A DNA stretch of 32,000 bases from an uncultured archaeon (GTDB lineage Archaea; Iainarchaeota; Iainarchaeia; Iainarchaeales; JAAZKV01). Each line of letters starts with the position of its first letter. Position 1 is the first letter of the stretch. The notes below the pieces were generated by a model. It did no database searches and had not been told where the DNA came from. It saw nothing but the letters and a program-made list of their open reading frames with translations. Location: NCBI GenBank assembly GCA_964551375.1, contig CAZKBG010000001.1, forward strand, positions 150,001 through 182,000, given 5' to 3'. Both the position numbers and the translations under genes were made by a program. Of this stretch, positions 17,176-26,490 are shown piece after piece.

Positions 17176-19320
17176 ATGTGCGGAATTGCAGGGCTTGTGG
17201 GATATGACTCGGGCGAATCTGTGCTCCGAGCGGCGCTTAGAGTAATTGATTACCGCGGAATGGACGCAAGCGCAATTGAAACAATTGATAACATTTCAAT
17301 AGGGCATAATCTGCACTCAATTGTAGGATTTCTAAAACAGCCTTTAGTAAATGACAAGAGCATATTTTCAGCAAACTGCGAAATATATAATTGGGAAAAA
17401 ATTGCCAAATCAAAATCAATCACTGCCTTAAACGACGCTGATTTAGTGCATAAGCTTCTTGACAATTCGCTGGCAAATGTATCAAAGAATTTGATTTTGA
17501 AAGTTTCAAAGAAAAGAATTCTTGAACTCGTGGAGTTATTTGACGGGGATTTTGCGTTTTCTTATTACTTAAAAGAACACCAACTTCTTTTCTTGGCAAA
17601 GGATATCGCTGGAGTAAAACCTCTTGTCTATCACTTTGATTCCGCCGGGAAGAAATTTGCTTTTGCGTCAGAAAAGAAAGCATTGGAATTTATTGGAGTA
17701 AAAGATTCAATCCACTTAAATCCAAGAAAAATACTCTGCTTTGACATAAAAGCAAACAAAGTTTCATTTATTTCAAGAAAAATTATTTCAAAAAAGCAAA
17801 AAGATCCAATTAACGCGCTTCACAAATCAATAGTGTCTTCAGTTGAAAAGAGAGTTCCTTTGGTTAAAAGCGCAGTTCTCCTTTCAGGAGGGCTTGACTC
17901 GGCAATTATTGCAAAATTATTAACTCACTTTTCAAAAGTTGACGCATATTTTTCTGGAGTAGTTGATGAGAAAAACCACCTATTTGAACCAAAAGACTTG
18001 GCTAACGCAATAAGCGCGGCGGATGAACTTGGATTAAAATTAACCATTGCAAAAGTATCCCTTTTGGAATTTGAAAACGAGCTTCCACAAATTATTTCTC
18101 TAATTGAATCAGTTGATCCAATTCGAGTGGGTGTTGCTTCAACTTTATACTTTGCCGCAAGAGAAATAGCAAAATCAAACGCAAAAGTAGTGTTTTCTGG
18201 GCTTGGCGCTGATGAATTATTTGCAGGGTATAACAGATTCAAAAACTCAAATGATATTAACAAAGACGCTTACAGCTATTTCATAAAATTGTACGAAAAT
18301 GACCTGTACTATCAGGATATTGTGTGCATGAATCACAAGCTTGAATTAAGAGTTCCATTTTTAGATAAAGAAGTAATTTCGCAGGCGCTTATACTTGGCT
18401 CCGAGCACAAAATTGACAAAAAAACCGGTGTGAACAAAAAAGTACTTAGAAGTATTGCTCTAAATTTAGGCTTAAGCTCTGAAATTGCTCTGCGCCCAAA
18501 AAAAGCCGCTCAATACGGAAGCAATTTTGACAAAGCTCTTGAAATACTCGCAAAAAATAATGGATTTAAATCAAAAGCTGATTATTTGAATTCAATTGCA
18601 AAAGGCAAATCAGCTTCAAATACAATTTCAAAAAATATTCCAATTGCAGCGCTTCTTTCAACAGGAAAGGATTCAATTTATGCAATTCATTTAATGCAAA
18701 AACAAGGATATCCAATTAAGTGTCTTATTACAATTGATTCGCATAACAAGGACTCATTTATGTTTCACACTCCGACAGTAGAGCTTGCGCATTTGCAGGC
18801 AAAAGCAATGGGAATTCCACTTATAATAGTAAAAACAAAGGGAGTTAAGGAAAAAGAATTGATTGATTTAAAGAAAGCAATAAGCGGGGCTGTTAAGAAG
18901 TACAAAATTGAAGGGGTTTGTTCAGGCGCATTGTTTTCCAACTACCAGCGAGAAAGAATTGAAACAATATGCGAAGAGATTGGGATAAGGGCTTTTGCTC
19001 CACTTTGGCACATGAATCAGGGAACTTATTTAACAAATTTAGTAAATCAGGGATTTAGAGCAATAATTACGAAGGTTGCATGCTTTGGATTAAACGAAAA
19101 GTGGGTGGGAAGAGAAATTAACTCAACTGCAGTAGATGAATTAAACGCGCTTGAAGAAAAATACGGGATTAATGTTGCTGGGGAGGGCGGAGAATACGAA
19201 TCCTTTGTCCTTGATGCTCCGTTTTTTAAAAAGAAAATTGAAGTTTCAGGAATAAAAAAAATGCAGAATGAATTCACAGGCGAGTATGTAATAATTGGGA
19301 GTGGAATTGCTGAAAAGTAA
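17176..19320 (+). CDS. Fusion protein: class-II glutamine amidotransferase plus asparagine-synthase-type PP-loop synthetase (AsnB-like), joined to a C-terminal Dph6/MJ0570-like ATP-pyrophosphatase (diphthine-ammonia-ligase family) domain
   Basis: N-terminal MCGIAG (catalytic Cys2), NCEIYNW, DGDFAF and KDIAGVKPLVYH. First PP-loop LLSGGLDS (SGGLDS at nt 17884-17901) and SGLGADELFAGYNRF. Second PP-loop ALLSTGKDS (STGKDS at nt 18658-18675), followed by FHTP...EGVCSGALFSNYQRERIE...APLW...GEGGEYESFVLDAPFF, characteristic of the Diphthami_syn_2 family. Confidence 0.85.
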   Translation: MCGIAGLVGYDSGESVLRAALRVIDYRGMDASAIETIDNISIGHNLHSIVGFLKQPLVNDKSIFSANCEIYNWEKIAKSKSITALNDADLVHKLLDNSLANVSKNLILKVSKKRILELVELFDGDFAFSYYLKEHQLLFLAKDIAGVKPLVYHFDSAGKKFAFASEKKALEFIGVKDSIHLNPRKILCFDIKANKVSFISRKIISKKQKDPINALHKSIVSSVEKRVPLVKSAVLLSGGLDSAIIAKLLTHFSKVDAYFSGVVDEKNHLFEPKDLANAISAADELGLKLTIAKVSLLEFENELPQIISLIESVDPIRVGVASTLYFAAREIAKSNAKVVFSGLGADELFAGYNRFKNSNDINKDAYSYFIKLYENDLYYQDIVCMNHKLELRVPFLDKEVISQALILGSEHKIDKKTGVNKKVLRSIALNLGLSSEIALRPKKAAQYGSNFDKALEILAKNNGFKSKADYLNSIAKGKSASNTISKNIPIAALLSTGKDSIYAIHLMQKQGYPIKCLITIDSHNKDSFMFHTPTVELAHLQAKAMGIPLIIVKTKGVKEKELIDLKKAISGAVKKYKIEGVCSGALFSNYQRERIETICEEIGIRAFAPLWHMNQGTYLTNLVNQGFRAIITKVACFGLNEKWVGREINSTAVDELNALEEKYGINVAGEGGEYESFVLDAPFFKKKIEVSGIKKMQNEFTGEYVIIGSGIAEK

Positions 19321-19366
19321 AAAACGAACAAGCATTAGAAGAAGCTGATTTTAAAAAAATATAAAA

Positions 19367-19387
19367 TCCATGCCAAGATGGCATGGA
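19367..19387. terminator. Perfect hairpin between two convergent genes
   Basis: TCCATGCCA-aga-TGGCATGGA forms a 9-bp stem with a 3-nt loop, flanked by A/T runs. It lies between the stops at 19320 (+) and 19407 (-). Confidence 0.5.
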
Positions 19388-19406
19388 TAATTTAATTAGA
19401 TTTTAT

Positions 19407-21725
19407 TTACTTCTTTGTCCACTTCTTTCCGGCAATTGGTTCAGTTTCTGGAGTATTTTGAATTTTAATCCAAAGTAGAGCAAGCATTAATGCTAATAAA
19501 ATTATTAGCAATGGCAATGCCCAGCTTACTGGAGTTGAACCATTTGTGTTTCCAAGGAACCCGAACAAACCAGCAGTTGGAACTGATGCAACAGGCGCAT
19601 TAGAATCGCTTGTTGATAGGTTTGTATCTTCTCCGCTTGGTGTTAACGCATTCAAATCAAACGGCGGTCTGATGTTATTTACATTCACATCATTAGCTGG
19701 CGCGTTTAAATCTGGAGTGTTTGTATTTGTGTCAACCGGCACAACAACTGGAACGTTATTGTCCACAGGTCTGTTTGTATCAGTTGGCGGGAAATAACTT
19801 CCTCCGCCTCCACCGCCAGTTGGTCCGCTTGGAGTAGGCGCATTAACAGTTAATATTGCTGTGTTTGACGCAGTAGTTCCTGCTCCTGTGAAATTAGCTG
19901 TTAGAGTGTATGTTCCAACAGTTCCTGCGTTGAATGTTAGGCTTAGCAGTCCGTTTGAATCAGTCGCAGTGCTCATTGTTCCAAGCCCGCTTGTGATTGT
20001 TATTGTTCCGCTTGGATTAGCTCTTCCAGTATTGGAAGTAACAAATCCGCTCACAGTAACATCGCTTCCCACTGTAACAGTGCTTGGATTTACTGACATG
20101 TTTAATGTGTACACATCAATAGCGTTTGTGTCTATCTGATTGTATCTTACTCCATTAGCCATATCAGTTATTTTTGCAACAACTGCAATTGGTCCGATTG
20201 GCCAGTTAATATCCGGAGTTGCAACAACTCTAAATATTCCGTCCGATACTTCCACTGCTGTGAACTTTTTGCTGAAATCGCCTTTTGCGAATTCAATTTC
20301 AATATTTTTAGTTCCGTTATTGTCTGTTACATTTAACTCAACAACAACATTTCTATCCAGCATTATTGGATTTGGAGTTATTGTCATGCTGTTGATAGTG
20401 TATATTCCATTTGTCCTTATTGTAAATGGAGGAGTTGATGTTATTACTCTTGAATAATTGTTTGCTTCATCAACGCACTTTGCTGCTACTACTTTTACTC
20501 CAAGAGTAGTGAATACTCCTGTTGTGAAGTGAGGAAGAGTTACTCCCTGCGGCGCAATTGGCGCTGTCCATCCTGCTGATGGATTTAATGAATTATAGTC
20601 AAAGTTGAACTGGCATGTGCTTACTCCTGATAAACTATCAGTTGGAGCGCTGATTGCTGCCATTATTTGGCCATAATTGAAGTCAATAGTTCTTGTTGAG
20701 AAATTTGTGAATCCCCCTAAAAAGAACATTGAGTCAACCATTGCAGGAGCAGTTTTGTCAATGGAAATCATTTTGCTGTTTACATTTCCATCTATTCCCT
20801 GTCCATTAGTTGAATTGTATCTGATGTACTTCTTTCCTTCAACGCCGAATAAAATTGGCGCTGTGTAATTAATGTTTGGAGCGCATGTATCGCTTTTGTC
20901 AATACAGTACTTGATAGCTGAGATTCCGCTTTCAAGATCGCTTGCTGTGATTGTTGCAATTACATCGGCATTGTACCATTTTTCGCCGCTTGTTGAGTTA
21001 GTGTCTATTATTAGTGTAGATATTGGGGGAGTTGTGTCGTATGCGTTTACTACATTGAATGTGAATGGGGAAGTTGATGGCGCGCTTGTGTTGTTCGCCT
21101 TATCTGTGCACTTAATTGCAATTACTTTTGTTCCATTAGTGTCGTAGTAATGCACATGGGCAGTAGTCAAATCAACATTTGTTGTAGGAGCATCCCAGCC
21201 AACTGTCGGATTCTCTGAATTATAATCAAAATTCAGTTCGCAAGTTAGAAGTCCTGAAGTGTTGTCGCTTGAAATTATTCTAAGTCTTGCAACCCCGTAG
21301 TTTATAGTAAAAGTTCTTGTTGATGGATTGTAAGTTGTTCCTTGAGTTGCGTCAAGCGAGAAGCCTAATGTGTCAGGAGCAACGCTGTCAACTTGAACAG
21401 TGTATCTTTTTTCAAGTTCAACGTTTCCGTCCATGCTTATTGCTTGATATCTAAATGTTCTTACTCCGTGTCCAAAATTCATATCGCCTGTCCAGTTAAG
21501 GTCAGGAGCTGGAGTTCTTTTTTTGTTCAAATCAAAAGTGTATTTGATAGAGTCAATTGCGCTGTCTGGATCAGCTGCGTTAATTGAAACTGTTACGCTT
21601 GGATTAAACCATCCAAGAGAGTTTGGTTCTGATGGCGTTGTGGTTAAAACCGAAGTCGGCAGAGCAAAAGCAACTGCTGAAATTGCCAAAATCACCCCTA
21701 TGAGTATCATAAGTCTTGCATTCAT
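19407..21725 (-). CDS. Large secreted, C-terminally membrane-anchored surface protein (S-layer/adhesin-like) built from Ig-like beta-sandwich modules
   Basis: I prefer the ATG at 21723-21725 (MNARLMILIGVILAISAVAFA, a signal-peptide-like start), preceded by GGGGGA; the ORF track start is 21767. WFN/WYN..V.V.I.A.D..S.I..IKY modules. P/T/N-rich stalk (PTPSGPTGGGGGGSYFPPTDTN...). C-terminal TM WALPLLIILLALMLALLWI followed by a basic tail. Many N-x-S/T sequons. Confidence 0.8.
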   Translation of the reverse strand: MNARLMILIGVILAISAVAFALPTSVLTTTPSEPNSLGWFNPSVTVSINAADPDSAIDSIKYTFDLNKKRTPAPDLNWTGDMNFGHGVRTFRYQAISMDGNVELEKRYTVQVDSVAPDTLGFSLDATQGTTYNPSTRTFTINYGVARLRIISSDNTSGLLTCELNFDYNSENPTVGWDAPTTNVDLTTAHVHYYDTNGTKVIAIKCTDKANNTSAPSTSPFTFNVVNAYDTTPPISTLIIDTNSTSGEKWYNADVIATITASDLESGISAIKYCIDKSDTCAPNINYTAPILFGVEGKKYIRYNSTNGQGIDGNVNSKMISIDKTAPAMVDSMFFLGGFTNFSTRTIDFNYGQIMAAISAPTDSLSGVSTCQFNFDYNSLNPSAGWTAPIAPQGVTLPHFTTGVFTTLGVKVVAAKCVDEANNYSRVITSTPPFTIRTNGIYTINSMTITPNPIMLDRNVVVELNVTDNNGTKNIEIEFAKGDFSKKFTAVEVSDGIFRVVATPDINWPIGPIAVVAKITDMANGVRYNQIDTNAIDVYTLNMSVNPSTVTVGSDVTVSGFVTSNTGRANPSGTITITSGLGTMSTATDSNGLLSLTFNAGTVGTYTLTANFTGAGTTASNTAILTVNAPTPSGPTGGGGGGSYFPPTDTNRPVDNNVPVVVPVDTNTNTPDLNAPANDVNVNNIRPPFDLNALTPSGEDTNLSTSDSNAPVASVPTAGLFGFLGNTNGSTPVSWALPLLIILLALMLALLWIKIQNTPETEPIAGKKWTKK
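20346..21611 (-). repeat. Tandem duplication of a ~211-aa (about 633-nt) two-domain module inside the surface-protein gene
   Basis: GWFNPSVTVSINAADPDSAIDSIKYTFD (W codon at 21609-21611) matches KWYNADVIATITASDLESGISAIKYCID (W codon at 20976-20978). CELNFDYNSENPTVGWDAP...KVIAIKCTDKANNTS matches CQFNFDYNSLNPSAGWTAP...KVVAAKCVDEANNYS. DNA-level similarity survives locally (gaattataatcaaaattcag vs gaattatagtcaaagttgaac). Confidence 0.7.
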
Positions 21726-21937
21726 ACATATTCCCCCTAAAATTCGCTTTTTGAGCGAAATCCCCATTTTTATTAATATAATTCTGCCCCAAAAAGCTTA
21801 AAAATGGATATAAGTTATTACGGTTAACAAGTTAATTTGAATATTTGGCACAATTTCTTGTTTTGGCGAATAAGTTAATTTTATTTGATTTAATGGCAAA
21901 TTTGACCTTTATTTTAGTGATTTGTCATTTTCTAAAG

Positions 21938-23161
21938 TTATTCATACCTTAAAGCATTAACAGGGTCAAGATTTGCCGCTCTAATAGCTGGAACAATTCC
22001 TGAAATCATTCCAATAAGCATTGAAAATATAAGCGCGCCAATAGTAATGTCTGCGCCAAAGTAAGCCACAAGAGTAAATCCTGATGCAGTTCCAACAATT
22101 GCAATAACGCTTGAAAGACCGTATCCGATTATTATTCCAATAATTCCGCCGATTCCCCCGATAAATGCCGCTTCAAGAACAAAAATTGTGAGAATTTTAT
22201 TATTAGAAGCTCCAAGCGCTTTCATTACCCCGATTTCTTTAGTTCTTTCCATCACAGAAGTAATCATTGCATTCATTATTCCAATTCCACCAACAATTAG
22301 AGAAATTCCTCCAACTCCTGCAAGGAAAATAGTGATTAAACTGAGTATCTGGTTAATCTGTTTTAGAATCTCGTCAGCCGAGTAAACAGTAAAGCTTTTT
22401 TCACCGTACTTCTTTTCAAGATCTGCTTTGATTTTAGCTGCTGCATCAGTAACATCTTCTTTTGTGAATGTTTTAACAAAAACAATTGACGGAGTCAGAG
22501 TAGCAGTCGGATCAAGTCGGTTAAATGCATCAAGAGACATGAACACAGAATTTCCTGTGCTTGGTCCGCCTCCAAAGCTTGAAGTCTGTTTTTTCATAAT
22601 TCCTTTAACTTCAAATTCAGCCCCGTTGATTAAAACCCTTTTTTTAGTTGCAAGGTCACGGTCAAACGTATCATGCGCCACTCCGTCTCCAATTACTACT
22701 CCGGTAGAGTCATTTTTGCTTACCATGCTTCCTTCCGCGACTTCCATAAAGCCCGTGTTTGAAAAAATACTTGCTTTGCTTGCCTCAACCGCCATGATTG
22801 AAACACTTATTTTTTGGTTATTAAATTCCAGAATTGCATTTCTTGCATAAACCGGCACGGCGCTTGAAACTCCTCGCGTTGATTCGATTTTTGAAATATC
22901 CGCTGGAGTAATTGCTGCCTTTAACCCGATATTTGATGGTCCGCTTCCAACAGAAGCGCTTCCGGGGATTACAAAAATAGTATTTGTTCCAAGCTGCTGG
23001 AACTGTTCTTCAACAGCAACGCTTAAACCCTGCCCTATTGAGAGCAAGCTAACAATTGCAGCTATTCCTATAATTACTCCAATAAGAGTAAGGTAAGTCC
23101 TGATTCCTGCTCTTCGCAGGTTCTTTGCAGAAACTTCCACTGTATCAAAATCTACAACCAT
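21938..23161 (-). CDS. ABC transporter permease, MacB/FtsX type
   Basis: 407 aa. N-terminal TM helix, a ~230-aa extracytoplasmic domain, then three C-terminal TM helices with the FtsX-like ERTKEIGVMKALGASN motif. Confidence 0.85.
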   Translation of the reverse strand: MVVDFDTVEVSAKNLRRAGIRTYLTLIGVIIGIAAIVSLLSIGQGLSVAVEEQFQQLGTNTIFVIPGSASVGSGPSNIGLKAAITPADISKIESTRGVSSAVPVYARNAILEFNNQKISVSIMAVEASKASIFSNTGFMEVAEGSMVSKNDSTGVVIGDGVAHDTFDRDLATKKRVLINGAEFEVKGIMKKQTSSFGGGPSTGNSVFMSLDAFNRLDPTATLTPSIVFVKTFTKEDVTDAAAKIKADLEKKYGEKSFTVYSADEILKQINQILSLITIFLAGVGGISLIVGGIGIMNAMITSVMERTKEIGVMKALGASNNKILTIFVLEAAFIGGIGGIIGIIIGYGLSSVIAIVGTASGFTLVAYFGADITIGALIFSMLIGMISGIVPAIRAANLDPVNALRYE

Positions 23162-23181
23162 ATTTTATCAACATCAAAATT

Positions 23182-23895
23182 TCATTCCCTTAACTGACAA
23201 ACTTTTTTATCATGCCCTGAAACAATTTTCCCGTCCCTTAAAACTATTTTTCTTTCAGCCTGCTTTCCAATACTTTCATCATGAGTTACAACAATAACTG
23301 TTCGTTTGTCTTCCTTATGGAGCTTTCTTAACAAGTCCATAACAAGAAGTCCTGATTTTGAATCAAGGTTTCCAGTAGGCTCATCAGCAACAATTATGCT
23401 TGGATTCATTGCAAGGGCTCTAGCGATAGCAACTCTCTGCCTCTGCCCGCCTGAAAGCTGATTAGGCCTGTTATTTAATCTGTCTCCAAGCCCTACTTGT
23501 TCAAGCAAATCCTTAGCCCTAGGCTCTCTTTCGTTTCTGGGCACTCCGTTAATCCAAAGAGGAGTCATTACATTCTCAAGCGCAGTAAGTTTTGGAAGCA
23601 AATTAAAAGTCTGGAAAATAAATCCAATTTTTTTGCCTCTAAATGAAGCAAGCTCTGAATTGCTTAATTGAGTAGTCGGAACTCCTTCAATAAAAACTTC
23701 CCCGCTGGTAGGCTTCATCATTGTAGTCATTATATCAAGAAGAGTAGTCTTTCCAGACCCGCTTGGACCCATGATAGAAACATACTCGTTATTGCAAATA
23801 AGCATGTCAACCGAATCAAGCGCAGTGATTTCAAACTCGCCTATTCCGTAAAGTTTTGAAACATTCTCAAGTCTCACAATTTCACTAGCCTTCAC
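23182..23895 (-). CDS. ABC transporter ATP-binding protein (MacB/LolD-like)
   Basis: Walker [12 protein letters not shown], signature [15 protein letters not shown], Walker [14 protein letters not shown]-loop VVTHD. It lies 20 nt upstream of the permease gene on the same strand. Confidence 0.9.
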   Translation of the reverse strand: MKASEIVRLENVSKLYGIGEFEITALDSVDMLICNNEYVSIMGPSGSGKTTLLDIMTTMMKPTSGEVFIEGVPTTQLSNSELASFRGKKIGFIFQTFNLLPKLTALENVMTPLWINGVPRNEREPRAKDLLEQVGLGDRLNNRPNQLSGGQRQRVAIARALAMNPSIIVADEPTGNLDSKSGLLVMDLLRKLHKEDKRTVIVVTHDESIGKQAERKIVLRDGKIVSGHDKKVCQLRE

Positions 23896-24084
23896 AATAA
23901 TACCTTCAACAGACTAATTTTTGAAACTTGAATTTTTAAATATAGGTTTTTGTTGTTTTGCCGATTAATTTGATATTATTGCAAAATATTGGTAAAATTA
24001 CGACATTCGGCTTTAGCCATAGCAAAAACAAACCCTTTATTATTTTGGAAACACCTAATATGATACAATAATGGGGATGATTTA

Positions 24085-26250
24085 ATGTTACAAAAATCAG
24101 AAAAAGCGCAATCAGGAATCGCAGTGGTGACAGCAGGAGCAGTTTTGATTATCGCGGTAATTGTGGGGCTGTTCATGCTCGGAGCGCCGGTAGTTGCGCC
24201 TGAAAATACGGCAACACTTGAAAAGTTTTCAAGCTACGAATCACTCGTAGCGGCATTTGAAAAAGGAAAAAGCTACTACGGCGATTACAGCTACGGCATG
24301 CGCGACATGATGATTGCGCCTACAATGGCGGTAAATGCAGCGGCAGAAGGCGGAGCCGGAGCTCAGAAAATGGCTGCTGATGCGACAGCATCAACTTATT
24401 CAAAAACAAATATACAAGTAGAAGGCGTTGATGAAGCTGATATAATAAAAAATGACGGAAAATATATTTACGCAATCGCTAAAGGAAAAATATTCATTGT
24501 TGACGCATACCCTGCCCAGAATGCAAGGATAGTTTCAACAATACAACTAGGAAATAACATGAATCCTCAGGAAATGTTTATTTCAGACGATGGAAAGAAA
24601 CTCATGGTATTTGCTTCAAGCGGATACTACGGATACGGTTACTATGGCTATGCAAGACCAATGGTCGACGTGATGGTAAATGAAGCAGTATCGGTTCCAG
24701 GCTCAAGCGGAAGTTCAGGCTCAAGCGCTGGAAATAGCGGCAGTGCAATAGTTCCAAGCACTATGATGATGCCAATCTGGGAAAACAAAAGCTATGTCGC
24801 AGTAATAACTTATGATATAACCGACAAAGCAAATCCAAAACTTTCAAACGAAAGCGACTTTGAAGGATCATACCTAAATTCAAGACTTATAGGCGACAAA
24901 GCTTACTTTGTAATAAACTCATACCCTGACTATACAAACTACTACGGGTACGCAAAGGAAGTTTCCCCAATAACTTCAGACGAAAACAATATCATCCCAA
25001 TGATGAGAGTAAACGGCTCTGAAAAAAGAGTGGCAGTTGCAACAGATATTGCAATAATGCCAAGAGTTAGAGTGACAAACTTTGTTACAATAGCCTCCCT
25101 TGACATAAAGACGGGGGAAATGACTAAACAAACAGTTGCAGGCTCGGCAAACAACTTGTACGCATCTCAAGACAATATATTCCTTGCAGAGCAGTACTGG
25201 GAATACGCTGACTACAACGGACCAATCCCTCTTGAGGCAGGAATGCTCATGAAAAGCATTTACATGCCAAGAATGGCTACAACTGAAAAAACAGTTATTT
25301 CAAAATTCCACGTTGAGAACGGAAGCATAACCTTTGGAGGACAGGGAGTTGCTCCAGGACACATACTAAACCAGTTCAGCATGGATGAATACAATAATAA
25401 TTTTAGAATAGCAACAACAGTACAGAACTATAACGCGCAGATTGGAGAAAACGCTTCAAGCAACAACGTGTACATATTCAATAAGGACATGAATATGGAA
25501 GGAGCAATAGAAGGAATAGCTCCAAATGAAACAATCTATTCTGCAAGATTCATGGGAGACAAAGGATACCTTGTTACATTCAAAACAGTGGATCCGTTGT
25601 TTGTGCTTGACTTGTCAAACCCAAGCGACCCAAAAATCTTAGGAAAACTAAAAATTCCAGGATACTCTGACTACATGCAGCCGATTGACGAAACACACAT
25701 TTTAGGAATAGGAAAAGATGTGAATGAAGAAATCGACGCTGAAAAAGTTCACTCAGTTGGGGCGGTATACTACACAGCAATCAAAGGAATAAAGATGGCA
25801 GTGTTTGATGTATCCGACGTTGCGAATCCAAAAGAAATGTACAAAGTAGTAATCGGAGACAGAGGAACAGAATCAGAAGCTCTAAACGACCACAAAGCGC
25901 TTTTGTTTGACAAAAGCAAAAACCTCTTAGTGCTTCCTGTAACAATAGTAGAAAATGTTGCAAAAGGAGAAGCATACGGACAGCAGTCCTTCCAAGGAGC
26001 TCTTGTATACAATTTGAGCCTTGAGAACGGATTTGTTGAAAGAGGAAGAATAACACACGTGTCAAGCCAGGAAGAATTGAAGTCAGGGTATTATTACGAC
26101 TCAACTTCAATAATCAGACGCTCACTCTTCATGGATAATGTGCTGTACACATATTCAAACAAGATGATAAAAGCGAATGACTTGTCAACTCTTGCCGACA
26201 TAAAGGAAGTTCCTTTTGACGAACAAGCAGTTACACAAAACCAAAACTAA
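24085..26250 (+). CDS. Membrane-anchored extracytoplasmic beta-propeller domain protein (COG4880 / Beta_propel family)
   Basis: N-terminal TM helix IAVVTAGAVLIIAVIVGLFML. Hallmark TNIQVEGVDEADIIKNDGKYIYAI. Later ARFMGDKGYLVTFKTVDPLFVLDLSNPSDPKILGKLKIPGYSDYMQP is typical of this family. GGGGATGA SD upstream. Confidence 0.8.
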   Translation: MLQKSEKAQSGIAVVTAGAVLIIAVIVGLFMLGAPVVAPENTATLEKFSSYESLVAAFEKGKSYYGDYSYGMRDMMIAPTMAVNAAAEGGAGAQKMAADATASTYSKTNIQVEGVDEADIIKNDGKYIYAIAKGKIFIVDAYPAQNARIVSTIQLGNNMNPQEMFISDDGKKLMVFASSGYYGYGYYGYARPMVDVMVNEAVSVPGSSGSSGSSAGNSGSAIVPSTMMMPIWENKSYVAVITYDITDKANPKLSNESDFEGSYLNSRLIGDKAYFVINSYPDYTNYYGYAKEVSPITSDENNIIPMMRVNGSEKRVAVATDIAIMPRVRVTNFVTIASLDIKTGEMTKQTVAGSANNLYASQDNIFLAEQYWEYADYNGPIPLEAGMLMKSIYMPRMATTEKTVISKFHVENGSITFGGQGVAPGHILNQFSMDEYNNNFRIATTVQNYNAQIGENASSNNVYIFNKDMNMEGAIEGIAPNETIYSARFMGDKGYLVTFKTVDPLFVLDLSNPSDPKILGKLKIPGYSDYMQPIDETHILGIGKDVNEEIDAEKVHSVGAVYYTAIKGIKMAVFDVSDVANPKEMYKVVIGDRGTESEALNDHKALLFDKSKNLLVLPVTIVENVAKGEAYGQQSFQGALVYNLSLENGFVERGRITHVSSQEELKSGYYYDSTSIIRRSLFMDNVLYTYSNKMIKANDLSTLADIKEVPFDEQAVTQNQN

Positions 26251-26264
26251 AAAATAAAATCAGA

Positions 26265-26300
26265 GGCAATGGATTAGTTCCATTGCCCTAAACTTTTTTT
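26265..26300 (+). terminator. Hairpin plus T7 tract after the beta-propeller gene
   Basis: GGCAATGG (26265-26272) pairs with CCATTGCC (26280-26287) around a 7-nt loop, and TTTTTTT follows at 26294-26300. Confidence 0.55.
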
Positions 26301-26313
26301 AAATTAAAAAGAT

Positions 26314-26490
26314 TTACTTCTTTCCTGCTATATTGTTCTTCTTAACATAAGCCCAAATCTTCTTTGTCATTTCGCTTGGTGTTATGTCTCCGGATCCGAA
26401 TACTGATTCAAGAGTGTCATCGCATCCCTTAAAGCTAATACTATATCCTCCGAATGCTTTCTTCTTTGGTTTTCCACCTAATAATCCCAT
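26314..26490 (-). CDS. Small protein (58 aa) resembling the N-terminal half of a SWIB/MDM2 domain
   Basis: I prefer the ATG at 26488-26490, preceded by GGAGGAGATTGTG. LESVFGSGDITPSEMTKKIWAYVKKNNI resembles the SWIB core L..i.G....sRtEv.KklWeYIKk.nLq. The protein ends directly after this segment. Confidence 0.5.
   Translation of the reverse strand: MGLLGGKPKKKAFGGYSISFKGCDDTLESVFGSGDITPSEMTKKIWAYVKKNNIAGKK

Noticed and set aside
19546-21801. Multiple plus-strand ORFs (60-105 aa) opposite the surface-protein gene
   Set aside because: These are antisense shadows within a well-supported 770+-aa CDS. No start signals or recognisable motifs.
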